A program made the position numbers and the translations under genes. Under the pieces are notes generated by a model. It was not told the DNA's origin. It saw nothing but the letters and a program-made list of their open reading frames with translations, and ran no database searches. A DNA stretch of 64,000 nucleotides, taken from NCBI GenBank assembly GCA_043819135.1, contig JBDRFG010000130.1, forward strand, positions 16,005 to 80,004, read 5' to 3'. This document shows positions 1 to 10,035 of this stretch, in pieces. This DNA is from Candidatus Eiseniibacteriota bacterium. GTDB taxonomy: Bacteria > Joyebacterota > Joyebacteria > Joyebacterales > Joyebacteraceae. The number at the start of each line of letters is the position of its first letter. Positions within the stretch are counted from its first letter, which is position 1.

Positions 1-1
1 C

Positions 2-391
2 ATTCAGCTCGAGGCAAGCGTGGCCGACTGGCGGGCTCAGGCCCGCGAGAAGGAACAGGCGATCGAAGGCCTCATCAGCGAGCTCCAGAGCCAGAGGCTC
101 CTGCTGTCTCAGGACGCGGCCCGCGAGAAAGAGACGGCCATCCAGCAGAAGCAGTTCGAGTTCGAGGAGTTCCTGAACGGCGTGTGGGGCGCGGGCGGTC
201 TGGCCGCGCAGCGCGAAGCGGATCTGTGGCAGCCGGTCTTCGAAAGGATCAACGGGATATTGGAAGAGATAGGCGCCGCAGGTGAGTATCAGATGATCTT
301 CGACGCGGCGCGCATGGGCATCGTCTACGCCGCTCCATCGACCGACCTCACTCAGCAGGTGCTCGACAGGCTTAACGGGACGGAGGAATAG
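2..391 (+). CDS. skp: OmpH/Skp periplasmic chaperone, 5'-truncated by the window edge
   Basis: Helical, Q/E-rich sequence ending in the OmpH-type C-terminus (YQMIFD...IVYA..STDLTQQVL); directly upstream of lpxD; frame open to the window start. Confidence 0.85.
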   Translation: MQLEASVADWRAQAREKEQAIEGLISELQSQRLLLSQDAAREKETAIQQKQFEFEEFLNGVWGAGGLAAQREADLWQPVFERINGILEEIGAAGEYQMIFDAARMGIVYAAPSTDLTQQVLDRLNGTEE

Positions 392-431
392 CACGTCTTC
401 CCATCTTCTTCCGTCACTGTCCGGAGCGGGA

Positions 432-1541
432 ATGAGCATGACCCTCGCGGAGGTAGCGAAGCTCGTCGGGGGTGAGGTCGTCGGTGACGGCTCCACCGAG
501 CTCGTCGGCGTTGCCGGGATCAGGGAAGCGCGCGAGGGCGAGCTGACCTTTGTTTCCAATCCCAGGTACGAGAAGCACGTGGCGGACACGTCCGCGTCGG
601 CGATCGTCGTGTCGCGGGACTACGCCGTGGACGCGCGTCCCGACGGAACCGCCCTGATAGTAGTCGACGATCCGTACGGCGCCTTCGCGAGGGCCATGAT
701 GCTCTTCGCCACGGAAGGCGACATCGTCACCGAGGGTGTCCACCCGTCGGCGGTCGTTTCCGATTCGGCGGTCATGGGCGAGGGAGTCTCGATCGGCGCC
801 AACGTTGTCGTGATGGACGGAGCGTCGATTGGTGACGGGACCACGATCCATGCGGGCTCGTTCGTGGGCAGGCTGGTTTCCGTGGGGCGCGACACGACCA
901 TCTACCCCAACGTCACGATACGCAACGGTTGCGTGTTGGGGGACCGCGTCATCGTCCATTCCGGGACGGTCATCGGCAGCGACGGCTTCGGATTCGCGCT
1001 GTCGGAGTGCTCGCACACGAAGGTGCCTCAGATCGGGAATGTCGTCATCGAGGACGATGTCGAGGTCGGGGCCAACGTCTGCATAGACAGAGCCACGCTA
1101 GGCTCGACTCGCGTGTGTCGCGGCTGCAAGATAGACAATCTGGTTCAGATAGCCCACAACGTAGAGATCGGGGAGGGTTCGATAGTCGTCGCCCAGGTCG
1201 GTATCTCCGGAAGCACGCGGGTCGGCAGGGGCGTCGTTATCGCCGGCCAGGCCGGGATCATCGGCCACATCGAGATCGGGGACGGCGCGGTAGTGGCGGC
1301 GCAGGCGGGCGTGACCAAGTCGGTCCCGGCGGGCGAGCGGGTGTCCGGGTACCCCGCCCGGAGGCACTCCGCCGCCAGGCGACTTCACGCTTTCGTCGAG
1401 CATCTTCCGAAGCTGGTCGGGAAGGTCAAGGGGCTGGAGTCCCGTGTGAGCAGGCTCGAGGACGCCGCGGGCACCGCGAGCGCTGAAGGGGCGGCGCGCG
1501 GGAGCGGAGACGGGCGCGAGCGTTCGGACGAGGAGGTTTGA
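432..1541 (+). CDS. lpxD: UDP-3-O-acylglucosamine N-acyltransferase LpxD
   Basis: Hexapeptide repeats plus GSDGFGF, KVPQIG, DRATLG and KIDNLVQIAHNV motifs. Confidence 0.96.
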   Translation: MSMTLAEVAKLVGGEVVGDGSTELVGVAGIREAREGELTFVSNPRYEKHVADTSASAIVVSRDYAVDARPDGTALIVVDDPYGAFARAMMLFATEGDIVTEGVHPSAVVSDSAVMGEGVSIGANVVVMDGASIGDGTTIHAGSFVGRLVSVGRDTTIYPNVTIRNGCVLGDRVIVHSGTVIGSDGFGFALSECSHTKVPQIGNVVIEDDVEVGANVCIDRATLGSTRVCRGCKIDNLVQIAHNVEIGEGSIVVAQVGISGSTRVGRGVVIAGQAGIIGHIEIGDGAVVAAQAGVTKSVPAGERVSGYPARRHSAARRLHAFVEHLPKLVGKVKGLESRVSRLEDAAGTASAEGAARGSGDGRERSDEEV

Positions 1542-2854
1542 TGCTCAGGACGCAGCAGAGAACACTCAAGCGAGGCTGTTCATACACGGGCATCGGCATC
1601 CACACCGGACAGCAGGTGACGGTCTCGTTCGAGCCGGCTCCTCCCGATCACGGCATCGTCTTCGTCAGGACCGACCTGCCGGGCGCCCCGGAGGTGCCGG
1701 CGTCCATCAAGTACGTCGCGCCGAGCAGCGACAACCCACGGCGCACGACGCTCTCCCACAACGGCGTGAAGATCTACACGGTCGAGCACGTGCTCGCCGC
1801 GCTCGCGGGTCTGGGCATAGACAACGCCGTCGTGGAGCTGGACGCGGACGAGCCTGCCGAGCCCACCGACGGCAGCTGCGAATCGTTCGTCAACATCCTT
1901 GCGGAGGCCGGGATCGTTCAACAAGATGCTCCTCTCCAGCATCTTGTGATCACGGAACCGGTGACGTTCGACGACGGCGACGTTCACATCTCCGCCAGCC
2001 CGTACGACGGATTCAGGCTCTCGTTCACCATCGACTACGACAACCCCACGATCGGGACCCAGCACGCCAGCTTCGAGATCAACGAAAAGACGTTTCTCAA
2101 GGAGATCGCCGTGGCCAGGACGTTCGCGTTGCAGAGCGACGTCGAGGAACTCCAGAAGATGGGCCTCATCAAGGGAGGCAGCCTGGAGAACGCCATCGTC
2201 GTCGGCAAGGACGGCATCGTGAACCAGAGCGATCTGAGGTTCCCCGACGAGTTCGTCCGTCACAAGATTCTCGACCTCCTGGGCGACCTCGCGCTGCTGG
2301 GAATGCCGTTGCGCGGTCACGTCTACGCGTCCAAGTCGGGACACTCGACGAACGTCAAGTTCGTGGAGCGCCTGCGGGACGCGATCCGGGAGGGAAGGGT
2401 AACGTACAGCGGCACGACCGGCTGGGACATCGGCGCCATCGAGAAGATCCTTCCGCACCGATACCCGTTCCTGCTGGTCGACAGGATACTCGAACTCGAC
2501 GACAGGCGCGTGGTCGGTGTAAAGAACTTCACCATGAACGAGTGGTTCTTCGTCGGGCATTTCCCCGGCCATCCGATCGTCCCCGCCGTACTCCTTGTTG
2601 AGGCCATGGCGCAGGTCGGAGGTTTTCTGCTCCTCTCCAGACTTGAGGAACGCGAGAAGAAGCTCGTTTACTTCATGGGCATCGACAACGCGAGGTTCAG
2701 AAGGCCGGTGCGTCCCGGCGACTCCGTGCGCTTCGAACTCAATCTCGTCCGGCTGCGCGGCGGCACGTGCAAGATGCACGCGTGCGCGTACGTCGAAGGC
2801 GAGCTTGTGGCCGACGGCGATCTGTTGTCACAGGTCGTAGAAAGAGAGCCCTAG
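1541..2854 (+). CDS. lpxC-fabZ: Bifunctional LpxC deacetylase / FabZ dehydratase fusion
   Basis: LpxC motifs GIGIHTG, TVEH, ARTF, HKILDLLGDL, followed by FabZ motifs LPHRYPFLLVD and GHFP...EAMAQ. AGGAGG at 1531-1536 precedes ATG 1541 (in-frame TTG at 1538). Confidence 0.95.
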   Translation: MLRTQQRTLKRGCSYTGIGIHTGQQVTVSFEPAPPDHGIVFVRTDLPGAPEVPASIKYVAPSSDNPRRTTLSHNGVKIYTVEHVLAALAGLGIDNAVVELDADEPAEPTDGSCESFVNILAEAGIVQQDAPLQHLVITEPVTFDDGDVHISASPYDGFRLSFTIDYDNPTIGTQHASFEINEKTFLKEIAVARTFALQSDVEELQKMGLIKGGSLENAIVVGKDGIVNQSDLRFPDEFVRHKILDLLGDLALLGMPLRGHVYASKSGHSTNVKFVERLRDAIREGRVTYSGTTGWDIGAIEKILPHRYPFLLVDRILELDDRRVVGVKNFTMNEWFFVGHFPGHPIVPAVLLVEAMAQVGGFLLLSRLEEREKKLVYFMGIDNARFRRPVRPGDSVRFELNLVRLRGGTCKMHACAYVEGELVADGDLLSQVVEREP

Positions 2855-2860
2855 AGCTTA

Positions 2861-3640
2861 ATGAATTCCATAGACGAGAGAGCCGTAGTCCACGCGAGCG
2901 CCCGCATCGGCGAGGACGTTACCATCGGTCCGTTTGCCATCGTCGGTCCGAACGTGGTGATCGGCCGCGGTACTGTCCTGGCGGGCATGGCGCTGGTGGA
3001 GAAGGACACGGTCATCGGCGAGGACTGCGTGCTCGGTCACTCGGCGGTCGTGGGTACCGACCCGCAGGACCTGAAGTACCACGGCGAGACAACACGTCTG
3101 GTCATCGGCGACCGCACCACGATCCGCGAGTTCGCGACGGTCAACCGCGCGACCCGCGGCGAAGACGACGAGCCGACGCGCGTCGGCAGCGACACGCTCA
3201 TAATGGCCTACGCTCACGTGGCGCACAACTGCGTCATCGGCGATCACGTCGTCATCACGAACGCCGTCAACCTCGCCGGGCATGTGATCGTGGAGGACTA
3301 CGCGATCATAGGCGGCATGACAGCCGTGCAGCAGTTCGTTCACATCGGCGCGCACAGCTACGTCGGTGGGGCGTGTCGCGTGACCAAGGACGTGCCCCCC
3401 TATCTCAAGATCGGCGGCGTTCCCACGCGACCCATTGAGATGAACACGGTGGGTCTCATGCGCCGCGGATACTCCGAGGAAGCCCTGAATCAGCTACGCA
3501 AGGCCTACAGGCATCTCTACCTCTCGGACCTGAACACGACGCAGGCGGTCGAGAGAATCCGCGCGGAACTCCCCGCGAACGACGAGATAACCAGACTGGT
3601 GGCGTTCATTGAGGGCTCAACGCGCGGCATCATCAAGTAG
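2861..3640 (+). CDS. lpxA: UDP-N-acetylglucosamine acyltransferase LpxA
   Basis: Hexapeptide repeats; PQDLKY, HVAHNC, LAGHV and KDVPPY motifs. Confidence 0.96.
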   Translation: MNSIDERAVVHASARIGEDVTIGPFAIVGPNVVIGRGTVLAGMALVEKDTVIGEDCVLGHSAVVGTDPQDLKYHGETTRLVIGDRTTIREFATVNRATRGEDDEPTRVGSDTLIMAYAHVAHNCVIGDHVVITNAVNLAGHVIVEDYAIIGGMTAVQQFVHIGAHSYVGGACRVTKDVPPYLKIGGVPTRPIEMNTVGLMRRGYSEEALNQLRKAYRHLYLSDLNTTQAVERIRAELPANDEITRLVAFIEGSTRGIIK

Positions 3641-3661
3641 CTGACCGAACTGGACGCGTCC

Positions 3662-3690
3662 GAAGAAGCGGGGGGAGCCCCTGCTTTTTC
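3662..3690 (+). terminator. Probable intrinsic terminator after lpxA
   Basis: GAAGAAGCGGGGG-GAG-CCCCTGCTTTTTC hairpin (with G:U pairs) ending in a T run, about 20 nt after the lpxA stop. Confidence 0.65.
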
Positions 3691-3752
3691 GTACACCGCA
3701 CCTCGAGCCCCGCCGAGCGAAGGGTGGGCGCCGGGCTTACGGAGGGTTCAAG

Positions 3753-4715
3753 ATGCTCCGAGTCGGAGTGGTGGGAGTGGGGCACCTGGGCAGGTTTCAC
3801 ACGAGGGTCTACTCGGAGCTGAACGCCTGCGAGCTCGTCGGCATCCACGACAGCGACGCCGCGAGGGCGGCCGGGATAGCGAGCGAGTACGGAACGACCG
3901 CGGTCGCGGACCTCGGAGAGCTTCTTGGGAGCGTGGACGCGGTCAGTATCGCCACGCCGACCGTGTCGCATCACGAGGTGGCGCGGCGCTGTCTCGAGTC
4001 CGGCGTTCAAGTGCTCGTCGAGAAGCCCATCGCCAGGACGGTCGAGGAGGCGAGGGAACTCGTCGAGCTGGGTCACGAGAGAGGTCTGATCGTACAGGTC
4101 GGGCACATCGAGCGTTTCAATCCGGCCGTCCGAGCGGCCATGGCCGTGCTGGACTCGCCCAAGTTCATCGAGGTGCACAGGCTGGGTGTCTTCGTCCCCA
4201 GAGGGACGGACGTCGCGGTCGTGCTGGACCTCATGATCCATGACATCGACCTCATCCTGGGAACCGTGAACTCGGACGTCACGTCGATAGAGGCCGTGGG
4301 CATTCCGGTGCTCTCGCCTTCCATAGACATCGCGAACGCGCGACTCACCTTCGCGGACGGCTGCGTGGCGAACATCACGGCCAGCAGGGTATCGAGGGAG
4401 AAGGTGAGGAAGATCCGATTCTTCCAGCCCGACGCCTACGTGACCGTCGACACGCTCGCGCCGAGAGCGCAGGTGTTCCGCAGGAAGGAAGTGTCCGTGG
4501 AGAAGCTCCGTCAGATCGCCTCGGGCGAGATAGAGGGTGGTCTCGGCGACATCGTCGACTACGAGGACCTTCCGCTTGATTCACAGGATTCTCTCGAGCT
4601 GGAACTCGGCGCCTTCGTCGACGCCGCATCCGGGCGCTCGGCGCCTGTGGTGAGCGGGGACGACGGTCTCCGGGCGCTCGAGGTCGCGCTGGAGATCCTG
4701 CGGCAGACAGGTTAG
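3753..4715 (+). CDS. Gfo/Idh/MocA oxidoreductase, GnnA-like (UDP-GlcNAc 3-dehydrogenase candidate)
   Basis: GVGHLG Rossmann motif; VLVEKP, GHIERFNP and DLMIHDID motifs; lies between lpxA and lpxB. Confidence 0.8.
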   Translation: MLRVGVVGVGHLGRFHTRVYSELNACELVGIHDSDAARAAGIASEYGTTAVADLGELLGSVDAVSIATPTVSHHEVARRCLESGVQVLVEKPIARTVEEARELVELGHERGLIVQVGHIERFNPAVRAAMAVLDSPKFIEVHRLGVFVPRGTDVAVVLDLMIHDIDLILGTVNSDVTSIEAVGIPVLSPSIDIANARLTFADGCVANITASRVSREKVRKIRFFQPDAYVTVDTLAPRAQVFRRKEVSVEKLRQIASGEIEGGLGDIVDYEDLPLDSQDSLELELGAFVDAASGRSAPVVSGDDGLRALEVALEILRQTG

Positions 4716-4785
4716 CGCCGCCGCCCCCTCTGCCCTCGAGACCCGGGGCCGGAGCGCGAGCCTTTCCAGCGTAACGGGAGCAGCG

Positions 4786-5922
4786 ATGACCGCCGGACGA
4801 TCCACCGTACTCATCGTCGCTGGTGAGGCCTCAGGTGACCTTCACGCCTCCAAGGTCGTCGCGCGGCTGCGCGAACTCGACCCCGAACTCGCCGTCTTCG
4901 GCGTCGGCGGCGACCGGATGCGGGACGCGGGTTGTGAGCTCGTATACCGCAGCGACGACTTCGCCGTCGTGGGTCTGGTTGAGGTGCTGCGCCACGTTCC
5001 TCGCCTGAGAAGCGCCATGGAGCGTCTCGTTGCTCTCGCTGTAGAGAGAGAGACGCGCCTGGCCGTGCTCGTCGACTATCCCGGTTTCAATCTCATGCTG
5101 GCAAGTCGGCTCCGCCGGATCGGAGTTCGCGTCCTCTACTACGTCAGTCCACAGGTCTGGGCGTGGGGCGAGGGCAGAGTAAGGAAGATAGCTGCGCGCG
5201 TGGACCGGATGGCCGTCATACTTCCCTTCGAGGTTGAGTTCTACCGGAAGCGTGGCGTCGAGGTCGAGTTCGTGGGGCACCCTCTTCTCGAGGAGCCGGC
5301 CGTGGCCGCCGCGCCCGCCGCCTCCACTCCCGGCGGCACCGTCCTGGGCCTCCTGCCCGGTAGTCGCAGGCACGAGATAGAGCGGCATCTCCCGCCGATG
5401 CTCGGCGCCGTCGAGCTTCTGCGCAAGCGGGTCGACGGCCTCACGGTGCGGCTCGGCCGCGCTCGTGGGATCAGTGACGAGTTCCTGGTCGAGAACGGCG
5501 ACCCGGCGCGTGCGGGTGTCGAGGTTCTTCCGCCCGACGACGTCCACGAGGTGATGCGCGGGTCGACCGCTCTCCTGATAGCGTCCGGAACCGCGACGCT
5601 GGAGGCCGCCTGTCTGGGCGTTCCAATGGTCATAGTCTACAGGCTGGCGTGGCTGTCGTACGTGGTCGGTCGGGCGCTCGTCAGGATCCCTCACATAGGA
5701 CTCGTCAACGTAGTAGCGGGACGGAGGGTCGTGCCCGAACTCGTGCAGGGCGAAGCCAGCGCGGCCCGCATGGCGAAGGAGGTACTACCGTTCCTCTCAG
5801 ATCCCGCGCTCCGCGAGGAGACATCCCGGGGATTGCTCGAGGTCAGGCGCGAGCTAGGCGATCCCGGGGCCAGCGAGAAGGTGGCGCGGATGGTCCTTGA
5901 AATGGTCGGGGGTGCGGAGTGA
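4786..5922 (+). CDS. lpxB: Lipid A disaccharide synthase LpxB
   Basis: AGEASGD, DYPGFN, SPQVWAW, VGHPL, LPGSR and SGTATLE motifs. Confidence 0.96.
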   Translation: MTAGRSTVLIVAGEASGDLHASKVVARLRELDPELAVFGVGGDRMRDAGCELVYRSDDFAVVGLVEVLRHVPRLRSAMERLVALAVERETRLAVLVDYPGFNLMLASRLRRIGVRVLYYVSPQVWAWGEGRVRKIAARVDRMAVILPFEVEFYRKRGVEVEFVGHPLLEEPAVAAAPAASTPGGTVLGLLPGSRRHEIERHLPPMLGAVELLRKRVDGLTVRLGRARGISDEFLVENGDPARAGVEVLPPDDVHEVMRGSTALLIASGTATLEAACLGVPMVIVYRLAWLSYVVGRALVRIPHIGLVNVVAGRRVVPELVQGEASAARMAKEVLPFLSDPALREETSRGLLEVRRELGDPGASEKVARMVLEMVGGAE

Positions 5923-6587
5923 GCGGCGGACGAGCCAGGTTGTCCACGTGGGACAGAGTTCTCGTGAGCGTCGTCGGGCGCCTCGGGCCTCTTCTGCTGC
6001 TGTTGCTTGGCTCGACGTGGCGCGTGGCGGAGCTCCACACCGAGCGTGTAGACGAGATCCACGAGTCGGGGCGACCGGTGGTGTTCGCGTTCTGGCACGG
6101 TGTGCTGCTTCCGCTGGAGTACGTATGCAGGGGCAGAAACATCCAGGTGCTGTCGTCGTGGCATCGCGACGGAGAGATGAGTGCTCGGTTGATGACGGCG
6201 CTCGGCTACGGAGTCGTGCGCGGCTCGTCCAGCAGGGGCTCCGCGAGGGGGCTGGTGCGCATGCTCGCGAGGGCGGTCGAGGGGCTCGATCTCGCGATCA
6301 CGCCCGACGGCCCCACGGGGCCCGCCGGCAGCGTCAAACGAGGCATATTCTACCTGGCTGAGAAGTCGGGAGGAAGACTGGTTCCAGTCGGGGTCGGTGC
6401 GGCTCGCGCCAGACGGCTGTCGAGCTGGGACAGCTTCCTGATACCGTTGCCCTTCTCCCGCGTCGCCGTCGTCTACGGTGAGTCGTTCTCATGGGACGAG
6501 TCCGCGCCGTTCGAGGAACGGGCGGCTCTGCTCAAGGCGGCGATCGACCGCCTGAACGTGGAGGCCGCAGAATCCGCCGCGCGGTAG
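5919..6587 (+). CDS. DUF374 lysophospholipid acyltransferase family protein (candidate lipid A secondary acyltransferase)
   Basis: FAFWHG, S..RDGE, RGSSSRG, TPDGP.GP and SWDSF.IPLPF motifs; between lpxB and waaA with a GTGA overlap. Confidence 0.85.
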   Translation: MSGGRARLSTWDRVLVSVVGRLGPLLLLLLGSTWRVAELHTERVDEIHESGRPVVFAFWHGVLLPLEYVCRGRNIQVLSSWHRDGEMSARLMTALGYGVVRGSSSRGSARGLVRMLARAVEGLDLAITPDGPTGPAGSVKRGIFYLAEKSGGRLVPVGVGAARARRLSSWDSFLIPLPFSRVAVVYGESFSWDESAPFEERAALLKAAIDRLNVEAAESAAR

Positions 6588-6639
6588 GCACGAGGGCCCG
6601 CTGCCCGCGGGGCGAGGCCGGCGTCCGGAGGACGGAACA

Positions 6640-7908
6640 TTGTTGTACACTTACTACAGGATCATGACAAACCTGCTGTGGCCGCTGGCCGTCTCGGCGT
6701 CGGCCCTGAGACGTGCCACCGGGAGTCGGGAGTGGGGGCAGCGCGTGGGTCGGACGCCCCCCGTGGCGGAAGGTGCGGTGTGGCTGCACGCGGCGTCCGT
6801 CGGGGAGGTCGCCGCCGTCACGCCACTCGCGACGGCGCTTGCGACCACCCCGGCTGGTGTATTCCTCACGGTCGTCACGCCGACCGGTCGGGCCGTGGCG
6901 GCACGTTCTCTCAGCGATCTGGCTGTCTCCTTCGCCCCTCTCGATTTTGTCACCGCCGTGCGGCGCGTTCTCCGCTCGGTGCGTCCTCGCGCCCTCCTTC
7001 TCACCGAGACCGAGCTCTGGCCGAACACGATCTACGAGAGCGCCGAGGCCGGTGTGCCCGTCGGCATGGTCAACGGCAGGCTGTCCGAGAGGAGTCTAAG
7101 GCGCTACGTCATGCTCGGATCTCCGCTGCGAAGCGTCGCATCGCGCGTTTCCTTCGCCGCCTGCCGCTCCGAGGCCGACGCCCTCCGCTTCCGCGAGCTG
7201 GGGATCGCCGGATCGCGCGTGACGGTGGTCGGCGACATGAAGTTCGACAAGCTGGAGGTCCCGCTGAGCGAAACGGAGAGGGTCGAGCTCAGGTCTTCTC
7301 TCGGCATCCCCGGCGACGCGCGCGTGGTCGTGTTCGGCAGCGTCAGGCCGAAGGAAGAAAGCGCCGTTGCCTCGGCAGTGGCCGCGGTGGCGGACGAGTT
7401 CCCGAAATCGTATGCGGTGGTCGCGCCGCGCCATCTCGAGCGCGTTCCGCGCGTGGTCGAGGCTCTCGCGTCTCGCGGCGTCGGATCGACCCTGCGGTCG
7501 TCTCGCGGGGGCGACGGCCCGGCGCACCGAACGATCGTCGTCGATACCACGGGCGAGCTGGCCCGCATCTACGCCGCGGGCTCGGTGGCGTTCGTGGGAG
7601 GAACGCTCGCGCCCTACGGCGGACACGATCCACTGGAACCTGCGGCACAGGGAGTGCCCGTAGTGCTGGGTCCGCATACCGAAACGTGCAGCGGCTCGGC
7701 GCGCCGGCTTCTGTCGGAGGGCGCGGCGTTCGAGGTCGGTGGATCCGACGAACTCGCGCAGACGCTTCTGGACCTCCTGAGAGATGATGACGCCCGGGCG
7801 GAAGCCGGGGCGCGCGCTCTCCGGGCCGTTGCCTCGGGGCGCGGGGCGACCGCACGCACGGTGGAGTTCCTGGAATCGATAGGGGTGCTCGATGCGGCGT
7901 CCGGATGA
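6640..7908 (+). CDS. waaA: Kdo transferase WaaA (KdtA)
   Basis: WLHAASVGE, ETELWPN, NGRLS, APRHLER, DTTGEL and GGHDPLEPA motifs. Confidence 0.95.
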   Translation: MLYTYYRIMTNLLWPLAVSASALRRATGSREWGQRVGRTPPVAEGAVWLHAASVGEVAAVTPLATALATTPAGVFLTVVTPTGRAVAARSLSDLAVSFAPLDFVTAVRRVLRSVRPRALLLTETELWPNTIYESAEAGVPVGMVNGRLSERSLRRYVMLGSPLRSVASRVSFAACRSEADALRFRELGIAGSRVTVVGDMKFDKLEVPLSETERVELRSSLGIPGDARVVVFGSVRPKEESAVASAVAAVADEFPKSYAVVAPRHLERVPRVVEALASRGVGSTLRSSRGGDGPAHRTIVVDTTGELARIYAAGSVAFVGGTLAPYGGHDPLEPAAQGVPVVLGPHTETCSGSARRLLSEGAAFEVGGSDELAQTLLDLLRDDDARAEAGARALRAVASGRGATARTVEFLESIGVLDAASG

Positions 7909-9055
7909 TCGGTGCCGAGGCGAAAGCGTGGAGCCCGCGACCCTCACGGGGCTCGCGAGGTTCGCCGACTGGTGGCGAAGGCTCGCGATGGGGCGGGACG
8001 AGCCCGAGGGACTGAACGTAGCGGCCGCGGGCCTGCTGGTCATGCTGTCGGTGCCGTACGGAGTCGGCGCTGTCGTGTCTCTGTGGTTCAGGGCGATGCG
8101 ACCGGCCAAGAGCGATGTCCCCGTCATATCGGTAGGCAATATCGTGGCCGGGGGCGCCGGAAAGACCCCTCTGACCATCTATCTGGCCCGGCGGCTGGTG
8201 GGTCAGGGGCGGAAGGTCGCCGTTGTCAGCCGCGGGTACGGCCGACGTTCCAGGGGCACGGTCGTGGTCTCACGGGGTGACGGTCCGCTCGTCAAATGGC
8301 GCGAGGCCGGCGACGAACCCTACATGATGGCTCTTCTAACGGAAGGTGTATCGATCGTCGTGTCCGAGCGCCGCCGCCTGGGCGTTCGACACGCTGTGGA
8401 AGAGCTGGGCGCAGATGCTATACTACTTGACGATGCCTTCCAGCACGTGCAGCTGGCCAGGGATCTGGACATCGTGGCCGTTGACGCTGCGGCCCCGGTA
8501 GGGAACGGTCACCTTCTTCCGGGGGGACCGCTCAGGGAGCATCCCTCCGGGATCGGACGCGCCGACGTTCTCGTGGCGACGAGGTGCGATCGGGCCGGCG
8601 GCTCCGGGCGAGTTGCCGGGGCGCTGGGTCCGCTGGCGCCGGCGGCGCCGATAGTCGAGACCCGCATGAAGCCCGTGGAGTTCTGGGACGCAGGCACGGG
8701 GGAGACGGTCAAGGCCGCGGAGCTGCGGACGCGAGGCTGCCTGGCCCTGTCGAGCATCGCGGACCCGTCCGACTTCGAGCGAACGCTCGCCAGACTCAAG
8801 ATGAACGTACTGGGGCGTCTTGCGCTGCCCGACCATCACGACTACTCAGAGGACGACGTCGATGTCGTCCTTGAGGCCGCGCGAGAGGTCGGCGCGGACA
8901 CGATACTGACCACCGAGAAGGACGCCGTGAGGCTGAGGCCCTGGCGGTCCCGCGTGCCGCTCGTGGCTCTGGGTATCGAACTCGAGGTCACCGGAGGGAA
9001 GGAACTCCTGATGGACGCACTCGACCAGGCCCTCTCGAGACGGAGGAAGCCATGA
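7892..9055 (+). CDS. lpxK: Tetraacyldisaccharide 4'-kinase LpxK (start could be GTG 7928)
   Basis: SVGNIVAGGAGKTP, SRGYG, GDEP, LDDAFQH, PDHH and TTEKDAVR motifs. Confidence 0.95.
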   Translation: MRRPDDRCRGESVEPATLTGLARFADWWRRLAMGRDEPEGLNVAAAGLLVMLSVPYGVGAVVSLWFRAMRPAKSDVPVISVGNIVAGGAGKTPLTIYLARRLVGQGRKVAVVSRGYGRRSRGTVVVSRGDGPLVKWREAGDEPYMMALLTEGVSIVVSERRRLGVRHAVEELGADAILLDDAFQHVQLARDLDIVAVDAAAPVGNGHLLPGGPLREHPSGIGRADVLVATRCDRAGGSGRVAGALGPLAPAAPIVETRMKPVEFWDAGTGETVKAAELRTRGCLALSSIADPSDFERTLARLKMNVLGRLALPDHHDYSEDDVDVVLEAAREVGADTILTTEKDAVRLRPWRSRVPLVALGIELEVTGGKELLMDALDQALSRRRKP

Positions 9056-9975
9056 GGTTTGAGGAGTACGCGAGGATGTCCGAGGCGGAGCTCATCGCCC
9101 GTTGCGATGAGCTGAAGCGCGTCAAGAACGCCGTCATCCTGGGGCACAATTACCAGGTGGACGCCGTTCAGAGAGTATCGGATTCCGTCGGCGACTCGCT
9201 CGTTCTCGCGCAGCTCGGAGCCGCGAGCGACGCCGAGCTCATCGTTCTGTGCGGTGTGCACTTCATGGCCGAGAGCGCGAAGATACTCAACCCCTCCAGG
9301 AAGGTCATTATTCCCTCGCTGTCCGCGGGCTGCCCGATGGCCGACATGATAACGGCCGACGAACTCAGGGGCTTCAAGGCTGAGCACCCGGGGGCGCCGG
9401 TGGTCTGCTACGTGAACACTTCCGCGGCCGTGAAGGCCGAGAGTGACGTCTGCTGCACGTCCTCGAACGCCGTGCGGGTCGTCGAGTCGCTCGATGCTGC
9501 GGAGATACTCTTCGTTCCCGACAGGAATCTGGCCGCGTACGTAGCCTCGCAGACCGGCAAGACGATAATACCGTGGGACGGTTACTGCACCGTGCACAAC
9601 ATGTTCGTTCCCGAGGACGTGGTGGTCGCTACGGCCGCTCACCCGGATTCCCCGGTCGTGGTGCATCCGGAGTGTCCGCCGAACGTCGTCAAGATGGCCG
9701 ACTTCGTCGCGTCCACGGAGGGAATGGTGAAACTCGCGGCCGAGCACGACAGCCTGATTGTTGGCACGGAGATAGGGCTCATTGACAGGCTCAAGCGCGA
9801 CCACCCGGGCAAGCGGTTCCATCCGCTCTCACCGTTCGCTCTGTGTCGGAACATGAAGATGATCGACCTGCCTCGTGTCGTCTGGTCCCTGGACAACGAG
9901 GAGCACGAGATATCCGTGCCGGACGATGTTCGCATCCGGGCGCAGAGTGCACTGGCGCGTATGCTGGAGTGCTGA
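9052..9975 (+). CDS. nadA: Quinolinate synthase NadA
   Basis: HNYQ, GDSL, CGVHFMAE, GCPMA, YVNTSA, HPEC and C.NMK motifs; ATGA overlap with lpxK. Confidence 0.96.
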   Translation: MRFEEYARMSEAELIARCDELKRVKNAVILGHNYQVDAVQRVSDSVGDSLVLAQLGAASDAELIVLCGVHFMAESAKILNPSRKVIIPSLSAGCPMADMITADELRGFKAEHPGAPVVCYVNTSAAVKAESDVCCTSSNAVRVVESLDAAEILFVPDRNLAAYVASQTGKTIIPWDGYCTVHNMFVPEDVVVATAAHPDSPVVVHPECPPNVVKMADFVASTEGMVKLAAEHDSLIVGTEIGLIDRLKRDHPGKRFHPLSPFALCRNMKMIDLPRVVWSLDNEEHEISVPDDVRIRAQSALARMLEC

Positions 9976-10035
9976 CGGCCCGAATCGTGTGAACGGACCG
10001 CGGTAGCATCCGGGTCCGGCCTGAAGGAGGGACGC

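Noticed and set aside
1541..2854. LpxC-FabZ fusion as a novelty
   Set aside because: Known arrangement in Bacteroidota/Chlorobiota and related phyla; useful only as a taxonomic hint.
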